Shown: piece after piece, positions 27,792-36,227 of the stretch
Layout of the letters: the number at the start of each line of letters is the position of its first letter
Numbering within the stretch: position 1 is the first letter of the stretch
NCBI GenBank assembly: GCA_045626925.1
Contig: JAZUQZ010000029.1
Coordinates: 94,479-158,478 of the forward strand
Source: Candidatus Aphodoplasma sp.
Lineage (GTDB): Bacteria; Bacillota; Clostridia; UBA1381; UMGS1253
Direction: 5' to 3'
Length of the DNA: 64,000 nucleotides
Notes under the pieces: model-generated
Told to the model about the DNA's origin: nothing
The model's database searches: none
Seen by the model: only the letters and a program-made list of their open reading frames with translations
Position numbers and translations under genes: made by a program

Positions 27792-28814
27792 ATGACAGAT
27801 TTGAGAAGTCTTACATACAGCGAACTTGAAAAATTTATTATAGATATGGGTGAGGCGCGTTTTCGTGCAGAGCAGATTTTTTCGCATCTTCATGCAAAGG
27901 CGGTCGATAGCTTTGATGAAATGACGAATTTGTCAAAGCAGCTTCGTGAAAAGCTTTGCGAGAGAGCATACATAAGCCGAGCGCGAATTGCACAAAAATT
28001 TGTATCAAAAATAGACGGCACGATAAAATATCTTATCGAATTTGAAGATGGCGAGTGTGTCGAAACAGTTATAATGCGTTATCATCATGGCATTACGGCG
28101 TGTATATCATCACAGGCGGGATGTCGCATGGGGTGCAACTTTTGTGCTTCTACAATCGGAGGCAAAAAGCGCGACCTTTTATCAGGCGAAATAATTTTGC
28201 AGCTTATACTTGCACAAAAGGATATTGGAGAGAGAATATCAAATATTGTTATGATGGGAATTGGTGAGCCATTTGACAACTTTTATAATGTGAAACGCTT
28301 TTTGATAAATGTAAACGATAAACGGGGACTTAATATCGGATACAGACATATATCGCTTTCGACATGCGGACTTGTTGATGGTATTGATGAGCTTGCAAAG
28401 ATGAATATACCGATTACACTTTCGATATCGCTTCATGCACCGAACGATGAAATACGAAATATGACGATGCCTGTTAATAAAAAGTACCCGATTGCAGAGC
28501 TTATAGAGGCGTGCCGCAGGTACCAGGCTGTTACAACGCGTCGCATATCATTTGAGTACGCGATGATTGATTCTGTAAATGATAGTGAGGACAATGCACG
28601 CGAGCTTGCAAAGAGACTTGAGGGGATAATGTGTCATGTAAACCTTATTCCTGTAAACAATGTTTCGGAACGCAATTATAAAAAAAGCAGTGTACAAACA
28701 ATTAAAAATTTTGTTAAAATCCTTGAAAAAACAGGCATTACCGCGACTGTTCGTCGTTCACTTGGGGCGGATATTTCAGCTTCTTGTGGACAATTGCGAC
28801 AAAAGAGGTTATAA
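27792..28814 (+). CDS. rlmN: 23S rRNA (adenine2503-C2)-methyltransferase, radical SAM
   Basis: CRMGCNFCAS radical-SAM motif and C-terminal ASCGQL. The ATG at 27792 follows an AAAGGAAG RBS. Confidence 0.92.
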   Translation: MTDLRSLTYSELEKFIIDMGEARFRAEQIFSHLHAKAVDSFDEMTNLSKQLREKLCERAYISRARIAQKFVSKIDGTIKYLIEFEDGECVETVIMRYHHGITACISSQAGCRMGCNFCASTIGGKKRDLLSGEIILQLILAQKDIGERISNIVMMGIGEPFDNFYNVKRFLINVNDKRGLNIGYRHISLSTCGLVDGIDELAKMNIPITLSISLHAPNDEIRNMTMPVNKKYPIAELIEACRRYQAVTTRRISFEYAMIDSVNDSEDNARELAKRLEGIMCHVNLIPVNNVSERNYKKSSVQTIKNFVKILEKTGITATVRRSLGADISASCGQLRQKRL

Positions 28815-28858
28815 TAGTTATAGGACAATCTTTAAAACAGATTGGGGGGGATAGATTT

Positions 28859-29590
28859 ATGATATCTGTTTTTGAAAGTGATATCGGACGCATCAGAGAA
28901 GAAAACCAGGATTGTTGTTGGGCGTTTTCTTTAAATGATACTATGTTTGGCGTTGTGGCAGACGGAATGGGCGGCCACAGAGGCGGAAGTGTTGCAAGTG
29001 AAATTGCAGTAGAAAATGTCAAGAAAATAATTGAGCAAGAGTATAAAGAAAATATGACCCAGGGGGCCCTTGTTTCGCTTTTGTCATCGTGTTGCACGAG
29101 TGCAAATAATGAGATTCTGAATCGGGCACAAAAGGAAAAAGAGCTTGATGGTATGGGTACGACGATGGTGCTTGCGGCAGTTAGGAAAAATCGTGTAACA
29201 ATACTAAATGTCGGTGATAGCAGAGCCTATCTTGTGCAGGGCGATGAGCTTAAGCAGATAACAAAGGACCAATCGTTTGTGCAGCTCCTCGTTGACAGAG
29301 GTGAGATTAGTGAAAGTGAAGCACAAAATCACCCACAAAAGAATGTGATAATGCAGGCGGTGGGCGTATCAGACAGGATATCGCCTGATATATATGAGCT
29401 TGATTACAATGGAGAGTGTTTGATTTTGTGTTCGGACGGACTTAGTAACAAGCTTTCTGCCCAGGATATTGTAAAAGTAGTAAACGATGAGACTAAATCT
29501 GCTAATGAGAAGCTTGAGGCTTTGATACATATGGCGAACGAAGCCGGTGGCGAGGACAATATAAGTGTTGTTTTGATAATGGATAAGTAG
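28859..29590 (+). CDS. stp: PP2C-family Ser/Thr protein phosphatase
   Basis: RIREENQD, DGMGGHRGG, GEDNISVV. A GGGGGG RBS lies 8 nt before ATG 28859. Confidence 0.9.
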   Translation: MISVFESDIGRIREENQDCCWAFSLNDTMFGVVADGMGGHRGGSVASEIAVENVKKIIEQEYKENMTQGALVSLLSSCCTSANNEILNRAQKEKELDGMGTTMVLAAVRKNRVTILNVGDSRAYLVQGDELKQITKDQSFVQLLVDRGEISESEAQNHPQKNVIMQAVGVSDRISPDIYELDYNGECLILCSDGLSNKLSAQDIVKVVNDETKSANEKLEALIHMANEAGGEDNISVVLIMDK

Positions 29591-29636
29591 TACAGTTTCT
29601 TTTGTTAATCAATATAAAATTTTGGAGGACTGTGTG

Positions 29637-31556
29637 ATGAACGGAAATATACAAATCGGTACGCTTTTGGGCGGAAGATATGAAATACTTGAAAAAATCG
29701 GCACGGGCGGAATGGCAGATGTATACAAGGCAAGATGTCAGTTGCTCAAAAGACTTGTGGCAATAAAGGTGCTAAAGCCGGAATTTTCGGATGATGATGA
29801 CTTTGTGCGTCGTTTCGCGGTGGAGGCACAAGCTGCGGCAAGTTTTTCGCACAATAATATTGTGTCTGTATATGATGTAGGCAGCAGTGACGGCGTAAAC
29901 TATATTATTATGGAGCTTGCAGAGGGTATTACGCTAAAGGAATATATTACTGAAAAGGGTGCACTTAAATGGCGTGAGGCAGCAAAAATCGCTGCAAAGA
30001 TTTGTGCCGCGCTTGAGTGTGCACACAAAAATGGAATTGTGCATCGCGATATTAAGCCGCATAATATCATAATTACAAATGACGGCGAAGCGAAGGTAAC
30101 TGATTTTGGTATTGCGCGTGCGGCAACGGGTTCGACAACTGTTGCTGATAAGTCGGTAATTGGCTCGGCACATTATTTTTCGCCCGAGCAGGCTCGCGGA
30201 GGGTATACAGATGCAAAGTCGGATATATATTCGACCGGTGTTACGCTTTATGAAATGCTTACGGGACGCGTTCCTTTTGATGCAGACAGTGCAGTTTCAG
30301 TTGCGATGATGCACATGGCAGAACAGGCAGTTTCGCCGCGCATAATAAATCCTGATGTAACAGAGGACATGGAAAAAATTGTTATGAAGGCTATGAGCAA
30401 GGAACAGAATTTGCGCTATCAAAGTGCAGGGGAAATGCTTGCAGACCTTGAAGCTGTTTTAACGGACATGCCTCTTGGTTTTGGTGAAGAAATTGAAATA
30501 TTAAAAGCAGATGATGAAGAAATGAGAAGCAGAGCAAGAAGGAGCAAATCTTCAAGACGAAAGAGCGTAAAAAAAGCCAGAAATAATGCACCACTCACAA
30601 AGAGCGAAAAACGCCTGGCAGGTTTTGCAATAGCAGCAGGGGTTGCTTTGCTTGGTGTCGTTTTGATTGGATTTTTGCTTTTATTTGGTGGCTTTGGTTC
30701 GTCACAAGGGGATGAAACTGTGGTACCATCTATTGAGGGGAAAACACTTGCTGAGGCAAAAGATATGCTAAAGAAAGCAAAGCTTGATTTTCATATTGAT
30801 GAAGAAATTGCATCAGTGCAATTTGCAAAGGATACTATAATTTCACAAGACCCTGTTGCAGAGCGCAGAGTTAAAAAAGGCGCAAAGGTTCATGTAAAGG
30901 TCAGCACAGGTGCAGATGGGCAGGTTGTTGTGCCCAATGTTGCCAATTATGAAAAGATGAATGCAAAAGAAACCCTTGAAAAGCTTGGCTTTGTGGTTGT
31001 GTTTACAGAAGAGCAAAGTGAAAATATTGCCGTAGGAACAGTTATTCGCCAATCGCCTGATTTTGGAGTCGGGGCAAAGCTTGGAGATACGATACGCCTT
31101 TACATAAGTGCAAATCTTGATAAGGTAGATGTGCCGAGCGTTGTCGGCAAATCACTTGCGCAGGCAAAAAATGATATCGAGGCTGTGGGACTTGTTGTTG
31201 GCAATGTGACGGAACAAGAATCAAATCAAGATGTTGGTACAGTAATAAGGCAAAGTCCGGAAAGTGGAGAAAAAGCAGACAAAAAGAGCGCTGTTGCACT
31301 TACAGTAAGTAAGGGATCGGGCTCATCTAATAGTGATGAAACTGCGTTTAAGATGAAGACGATAAGTCTGCCTGTACCACAAAGCAAGGAATCGACCAGA
31401 ATTCGTGTAGTTGCAAACGGCAAACAGATACATGATGCGGTTCATAATAAGAGTGAGATAAGCTTTGATATACCGGTAAAAGGCAAGAGCAGTGCAACAC
31501 TTGAGATTTATCATGATGGTGCACTTGTTGGAAAACAGACAATTACTTTTAATTAG
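29637..31556 (+). CDS. prkC: Ser/Thr protein kinase with TM segment and three PASTA repeats
   Basis: Kinase motifs GTGGMADVY, HRDIKPHN, DFGIARA. Also a TM helix, PASTA repeats and an extra C-terminal beta-rich domain. Confidence 0.92.
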   Translation: MNGNIQIGTLLGGRYEILEKIGTGGMADVYKARCQLLKRLVAIKVLKPEFSDDDDFVRRFAVEAQAAASFSHNNIVSVYDVGSSDGVNYIIMELAEGITLKEYITEKGALKWREAAKIAAKICAALECAHKNGIVHRDIKPHNIIITNDGEAKVTDFGIARAATGSTTVADKSVIGSAHYFSPEQARGGYTDAKSDIYSTGVTLYEMLTGRVPFDADSAVSVAMMHMAEQAVSPRIINPDVTEDMEKIVMKAMSKEQNLRYQSAGEMLADLEAVLTDMPLGFGEEIEILKADDEEMRSRARRSKSSRRKSVKKARNNAPLTKSEKRLAGFAIAAGVALLGVVLIGFLLLFGGFGSSQGDETVVPSIEGKTLAEAKDMLKKAKLDFHIDEEIASVQFAKDTIISQDPVAERRVKKGAKVHVKVSTGADGQVVVPNVANYEKMNAKETLEKLGFVVVFTEEQSENIAVGTVIRQSPDFGVGAKLGDTIRLYISANLDKVDVPSVVGKSLAQAKNDIEAVGLVVGNVTEQESNQDVGTVIRQSPESGEKADKKSAVALTVSKGSGSSNSDETAFKMKTISLPVPQSKESTRIRVVANGKQIHDAVHNKSEISFDIPVKGKSSATLEIYHDGALVGKQTITFN

Positions 31557-31561
31557 GGGGC

Positions 31562-32431
31562 ATTTTTACGACAGGAGTAATCGTTAAAGGAATCGGCGGT
31601 TTTTATTATGTAAAAGCAGATGGCGCCATATATGAATGCAAGGCACGGGGCAAATTTCGCAAGGATGGACTCGTACCTATGGTGGGCGATTATGTAGATA
31701 TTGAAGTGAAAAACGGCAAAGGCAGTATAGAAAACATTCATGAGCGCACATCAATGCTGGTGCGCCCTGCCGTTGCAAATATAAATCAGCTTGTTGTTGT
31801 GGTCGCGCTTGCATCACCGGAGCCTAATCCCGAGCTTATTGATAGTTTTTTGATAATTGGCCAGCATAGCGGTCTTGATACGATTTTGTGCTTTAATAAG
31901 GCAGATTTAACTTGCTCGGACGAGCTTATCAAGACATATTCAAATGCTGGGTATAAGCTTGTTGTCACAAGTGCTCCAAACGGAGAGGGCATTGATGAAT
32001 TAAAGGCGCTTCTTGTGGGAAAGATAACTGCATTCGCGGGCAATTCCGGCGTAGGAAAGTCGAGCCTTTTAAATGCGCTTGGTGTTTTGGGCGAGCTTGA
32101 AACAGGAGCGGTGAGCGAAAAAATAAGACGCGGACGCCACACGACAAGACATGTCGAATTGTTGGAGCTTGATGGTGGAGCGCTCGTGCTTGATACACCG
32201 GGATTTTCGAGTTTTGAAATGCCAAAAATCAGAGCAAACGAGCTTGAAAATTATTTTGCAGAATTTGCACCTTATATTGGCAAATGCCGTTTTAGAGGTT
32301 GTGCTCATATAAGCGAACCGGGATGTGCTGTTTTAGAGGCGGTTTCAGATGGCAATATTTCAAAGATGCGGCATAATAGCTATAAAAATCTCTATGAAGA
32401 ACAAAAAAAGCTAAAAGATTGGGAAATATGA
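31562..32431 (+). CDS. rsgA: Ribosome small-subunit-dependent GTPase A; the conserved N-terminus lies upstream of the first ATG (proposed ATT start)
   Basis: GNSGVGKSSLLNAL, DTPGF, zinc motif CRFRGCAHISEPGC. The frame is open from 31553 and encodes TGVIVKGIGGFYYV...RGKFRKDGLVPMVGDYV (OB fold) before ATG 31679. Confidence 0.8.
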   Translation: MFTTGVIVKGIGGFYYVKADGAIYECKARGKFRKDGLVPMVGDYVDIEVKNGKGSIENIHERTSMLVRPAVANINQLVVVVALASPEPNPELIDSFLIIGQHSGLDTILCFNKADLTCSDELIKTYSNAGYKLVVTSAPNGEGIDELKALLVGKITAFAGNSGVGKSSLLNALGVLGELETGAVSEKIRRGRHTTRHVELLELDGGALVLDTPGFSSFEMPKIRANELENYFAEFAPYIGKCRFRGCAHISEPGCAVLEAVSDGNISKMRHNSYKNLYEEQKKLKDWEI

Positions 32432-32478
32432 CTTATAAAGAGGGAGGATTGGCGCAGTTGTATGTGCCAAACAGTTAG

Positions 32479-33144
32479 ATGATTAAAATTGCACCTTCGA
32501 TTTTGTCTGCAGATTTTTCGCGTTTGGGAGAGCAGATTAAAGAAATAGAAAAAGGCGGCGCACAGTATATTCACATCGATGTAATGGATGGCATGTTTGT
32601 GCCGAACATTACAATCGGGCCTGTTGTAATTGAGAGTATCCGCAAAATGAGCGGACTTGTTTTTGATGTTCATCTGATGATTGAACGACCAGAGAGGTAT
32701 ATCGAGCAATTTGCAAAAGCCGGTGCAGATATTATCACGGTTCATGTAGAAGCAACAGACGATTTGCGTGGCTGTATCGACAAGATAAAATCGTATGGCA
32801 AGCGTGCAGGTGTATCGATAAAACCTGCTACTGATGTAGATGCTATTATGGATGTGATTGATGAGCTTGATATGGTGCTTGTCATGTCAGTGGAGCCGGG
32901 TTTTGGCGGACAAGATTATCTGTCTTGCGCTGACAAAAAGCTTTGTGAGCTTAAAAAGCTTATGAAAAGCGGCACAGATATATCGGTCGATGGTGGGGTA
33001 AAACTTGACAATCTTTCGCATGTAATTAAAATGGGAGCAAATACTATCGTTGCAGGAAGCGCGGTTTTTAAAGCGGAGGATGTTGCAAAACAGACGAGGG
33101 AGTTTGTTAGCCTTGCAAATGAAATGGAGAATGAGATGAAATAA
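32479..33144 (+). CDS. rpe: Ribulose-phosphate 3-epimerase
   Basis: MIKIAPSILSADF..., HIDVMDGMFVPN, MSVEPGFGGQ. Confidence 0.95.
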   Translation: MIKIAPSILSADFSRLGEQIKEIEKGGAQYIHIDVMDGMFVPNITIGPVVIESIRKMSGLVFDVHLMIERPERYIEQFAKAGADIITVHVEATDDLRGCIDKIKSYGKRAGVSIKPATDVDAIMDVIDELDMVLVMSVEPGFGGQDYLSCADKKLCELKKLMKSGTDISVDGGVKLDNLSHVIKMGANTIVAGSAVFKAEDVAKQTREFVSLANEMENEMK

Positions 33145-33177
33145 AACGCGCAAAGCGTATACGGTGTGGAGAATAGT

Positions 33178-33795
33178 ATGAGGGCAGTTATAATTTGTGG
33201 CGGCGAAATCGAAAGTTATGACAATGTGCGAGCGCATATAAAAAGCAGTGATATGATTATATGTGCCGATTCGGGATATATGCACGCAAAAAATATGGGC
33301 GTTATAGCTGATATTGTATTGGGCGATTTTGATTCATATGAAAAAGATAAAATAGAGTGCGATAAGATAAAGAGCTACCCGGTCAAAAAAGATTTTACTG
33401 ATAGTGAAATTGCATTAGAGTATGCAGCCGAATGTGGTGTCGAGGAGGTATTGCTGCTTGCAGCTGTTGGTGGTCGCGTTGACCATACGCTTGGCAATAT
33501 ATATCTTCTTAAAACTGCAACAGAGAAGAATATGCGCGCATCGATATTTGATGGAAAATCTACATTATATTATGTGCGTGATAAAATACATATTTGTGGC
33601 AAGGTGGGAGATTTATTATCCATAATTCCTTTTTCAAAGGCAGATGATATTACAACAGATGGACTTGAATATGCACTTTTTCACAAGCCGTTGCCGAGTA
33701 CGGGCATAAGTAATGTGTTTATTGAAAATGAAGTGGAGGTCGAGATTGGCTTTGGCGAGGCGATTATAGTACATACGCCGACAGATAATTTATAA
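33178..33795 (+). CDS. thiN: Thiamine diphosphokinase
   Basis: MRAVIICGG..., GDFDS, KDFTDSE. Conserved position after rpe. Confidence 0.88.
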   Translation: MRAVIICGGEIESYDNVRAHIKSSDMIICADSGYMHAKNMGVIADIVLGDFDSYEKDKIECDKIKSYPVKKDFTDSEIALEYAAECGVEEVLLLAAVGGRVDHTLGNIYLLKTATEKNMRASIFDGKSTLYYVRDKIHICGKVGDLLSIIPFSKADDITTDGLEYALFHKPLPSTGISNVFIENEVEVEIGFGEAIIVHTPTDNL

Positions 33796-33805
33796 TAAAA
33801 ATTTT

Positions 33806-33836
33806 GACTGTGTCAAATGGACACAGTCTTTTTTTG
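33806..33836 (+). terminator. Rho-independent terminator after thiN
   Basis: GACTGTGTC AAATG GACACAGTC followed by TTTTTTT. Confidence 0.85.
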
Positions 33837-33949
33837 TGCAAAATAGTCATACGGGTGCAAAATGCACTAAAGGCACACGCATAAATTGTACAATATAACA
33901 TATATATGAAAAAAATTTTTTATAATTACAAAAAAATTACAAAAAAGTC

Positions 33950-33978
33950 TTGAAAAAGTAAAAAAAATCGTGTAAAAT
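33950..33978 (+). promoter_or_regulatory. Upstream promoter candidate for the dcw cluster
   Basis: TTGAAA (33950-33955), 17-nt spacer, TAAAAT (33973-33978). Confidence 0.4.
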
Positions 33979-33994
33979 TTGAAATAAAGGGAAG

Positions 33995-34024
33995 AAAGTG
34001 TTATAAAGTGGTTGCAAGTGGTTG
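33995..34024 (+). promoter_or_regulatory. Putative MraZ operator: three direct AAGTG(T/G) boxes at exact 10-bp spacing
   Basis: AAAGTGTTAT AAAGTGGTTG CAAGTGGTTG, with boxes starting at 33995, 34005 and 34015. Confidence 0.6.
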
Positions 34025-34040
34025 AAAACTATGTTAAAAT
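34012..34040 (+). promoter_or_regulatory. Proximal dcw (mraZ) promoter candidate overlapping the MraZ boxes
   Basis: TTGCAA (34012-34017), 17-nt spacer, TGT-extended TAAAAT (34035-34040), about 35 nt upstream of the mraZ start. Confidence 0.55.
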
Positions 34041-34074
34041 AATATTACAATTCTCATAAAGAGAGGTGAAAAGC

Positions 34075-34515
34075 GTGTTTATCGGTGAATACAGTCACAA
34101 CATAGATGCCAAAGGCAGAATGATTATGCCGTCCAAATTCAGACAAGACGAATTGGGCGAAGTTTTCTATGTCACAAAAGGCACAGAAAAGTGTCTGTTT
34201 GTATATTCACGCGATGAATGGGCAAAGTTTGAAGAAAAGCTTGCTGGGCTACCGATTACAACAAATCCACAGGCGGGTGCGTTTGTGAGGTTTTTCCTTT
34301 CCGGTGCGGCCGAGTGTGAAGTGGACAAGCTTGGAAGAATAAATATCCCGGCATATCTTAGAGAATATGCAAATATCGAAAAAGATGTCAAGGTTTTAGG
34401 CGCAAGAAGCCGTATAGAAATCTGGGATGCAAAAACATGGGATGATTATTGCGAAAAAGAGATTACACTTGAAAATGTACTTGAGAATATGGGTTCAATC
34501 GGAATGGACTTTTAG
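34075..34515 (+). CDS. mraZ: Transcriptional regulator MraZ
   Basis: (M)FIGEYSHNIDAKGRMIMP... and a second SpoVT/AbrB-like repeat, VDKLGRINIP. GAGAGG RBS 8 nt before GTG 34075 (track start 34066). Confidence 0.92.
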   Translation: MFIGEYSHNIDAKGRMIMPSKFRQDELGEVFYVTKGTEKCLFVYSRDEWAKFEEKLAGLPITTNPQAGAFVRFFLSGAAECEVDKLGRINIPAYLREYANIEKDVKVLGARSRIEIWDAKTWDDYCEKEITLENVLENMGSIGMDF

Positions 34516-34528
34516 GCGGTGATGTGGT

Positions 34529-35464
34529 ATGGATTTTAAGCACATACCGGTTATGCTTTATGAATGTATAGATAATCTTGATATAAAAAGTGATGGCATT
34601 TATGTTGATGGCACGCTTGGTGGCGCGGGGCACAGCAGTGAAATTGTAAAAAGGCTTAATAGTAGCGGAAAGCTTATAGGGCTTGACCGTGACGATGATG
34701 CAATAGCGGTGGCAAGTGCGCGCCTTGCAGAATTTGGGGACAAGGTTTTAATTGTAAAAAGCAATTTTAAAGACGCGGCAAGCGTTTTGGATAGACTTGG
34801 AATTGAAGAAATTGATGGAGTGCTTCTTGATTTGGGCGTATCATCGTACCAGCTTGATGAAGCCGAGCGCGGCTTTAGCTATATGTCTGATGCACCGCTT
34901 GATATGCGAATGGACAGAAGTGGCGGCATAAATGCATATGAGGTTGTAAATGAATATGATGAGCAGCGTCTTGCAGACATTATATTTAAATATGGCGAGG
35001 AGCGCTGGGCAAAAAGAGTTGCACAGTTTATTGTGCAAAAGAGAGCTATAACACCGATAAGGACAACGCTTGAGCTTGTGTCAGTAATAAATGCGGCGAT
35101 TCCGAAAGGGGCGCGCATGACAGGCGGCAATGCCGCAAAACGCACATTCCAGGCGATAAGAATAGAAGTAAATGGCGAGCTTGAGATACTTGAGGGAGCT
35201 ATAGAAAACTTTGTAAAAAGACTTAGAAGTGGCGGAAGGCTTGCAATAATAACATTCCATTCACTTGAAGACAGAATAGTAAAGGAAAAATTTGCATCGT
35301 TTGCGAAGGGGTGCACATGTCCGAAGGAATTTCCGATATGTGTTTGCGGTGCGAAACCGATTGCAAAGGTGATTACTACAAAGCCTATTATTGCGTCGAA
35401 AGATGAGCTTGAAAAAAATTCGCGCTCAAAGAGTGCAAAGCTCAGAGTATTGGAAAAGCTTTGA
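34529..35464 (+). CDS. rsmH: 16S rRNA (cytosine1402-N4)-methyltransferase
   Basis: HIPVML..., DGTLGGAGHS, DLGVSS.QLD, FHSLEDRIVK. Confidence 0.95.
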   Translation: MDFKHIPVMLYECIDNLDIKSDGIYVDGTLGGAGHSSEIVKRLNSSGKLIGLDRDDDAIAVASARLAEFGDKVLIVKSNFKDAASVLDRLGIEEIDGVLLDLGVSSYQLDEAERGFSYMSDAPLDMRMDRSGGINAYEVVNEYDEQRLADIIFKYGEERWAKRVAQFIVQKRAITPIRTTLELVSVINAAIPKGARMTGGNAAKRTFQAIRIEVNGELEILEGAIENFVKRLRSGGRLAIITFHSLEDRIVKEKFASFAKGCTCPKEFPICVCGAKPIAKVITTKPIIASKDELEKNSRSKSAKLRVLEKL

Positions 35465-35518
35465 TTAGTTAGTATATAGGTAGTTTTAACATGGGGGATA
35501 AAGATTGTATAGGGGGTT

Positions 35519-36022
35519 GTGACATTGCGTACAAATGGAAATCTTGCATTGAGCTCTGCGTATAAGCCACAGTATCAGCCGTCACAGGCTGCACTTCGCA
35601 GAAAGCTTGAGGTACAGCGTGCAGAACAACATAAGGCAAAAGCAAAGAATATAAATATTGCAGTAGCGTTATTTTATATGGTACTTGTTTTTGCTATGGC
35701 ATTTTTCCTCGTAGGCAGAGAAGTGAGTTTGTATGAAAAAAGCAGCGAAATAAATCGTCTTGAAAACAGACTTGAGCAAGCACAAAGCGAAACAAAGCAG
35801 GCACAAATTGCGGCAGAGCGCGCAATAGATTTGAACTTGCTTGAGGAAGTGGCTGCAACAAAGTTTGCAATGAGTCGCCCTGAAAAGACACAGACAGTGT
35901 ATATAAATATCCAGCAACGAGATTATGCCACAAAGGTTGCAAAAAAGAATGCAGGGGTTGAGTTGCAACAAAATATACAAAACAGCATAAAAAATCTTTT
36001 TGGAATATTTGGTGCAAACTGA
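35519..36022 (+). CDS. ftsL: FtsL-like cell division protein (single TM plus coiled coil)
   Basis: 167 aa. One TM helix (IAVALFYMVLVFAMAFFLVG) followed by a coiled coil. Conserved position between rsmH and the PBP gene. Confidence 0.6.
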   Translation: MTLRTNGNLALSSAYKPQYQPSQAALRRKLEVQRAEQHKAKAKNINIAVALFYMVLVFAMAFFLVGREVSLYEKSSEINRLENRLEQAQSETKQAQIAAERAIDLNLLEEVAATKFAMSRPEKTQTVYINIQQRDYATKVAKKNAGVELQQNIQNSIKNLFGIFGAN

Positions 36023-36227
36023 TATTATTATAGTAGTAGCAAATCAATCCATTAACGGAGCAACTTCGGAAAGTGAGGCGTAAGAGCGATTTGAAAAAGC
36101 AAATCTCTTAGTCTTGCTTTTTGTTGTTTTATTCGGTTTTATATTTGTTCTTGCGACAAATTTTGGCTCATCATTATGGCGCAAGAAATAAAGACATTTA
36201 TGAGTCGGAAAGGCCAACGGTTATAAT

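Noticed and set aside
33906-33953. 15-aa ORF MKKIFYNYKKITKKS at the position where spoVM lies in Bacillus (after thiN)
   Set aside because: It lies in a low-complexity A/T run with no RBS, has no resemblance to SpoVM (MKFYTIKLPKFLGG...), and overlaps a promoter-like element.
36084-36191. Possible small TM peptide (...LLFVVLFGFIFVLATNFGSSLWRKK*) in the ftsL-pbp gap
   Set aside because: Its only candidate start is a TTG at 36114 without any SD. The same DNA forms an A/T-rich hairpin (36093-36122) with a T-run, so it may simply be an attenuator or terminator-like structure. The evidence is not sufficient.
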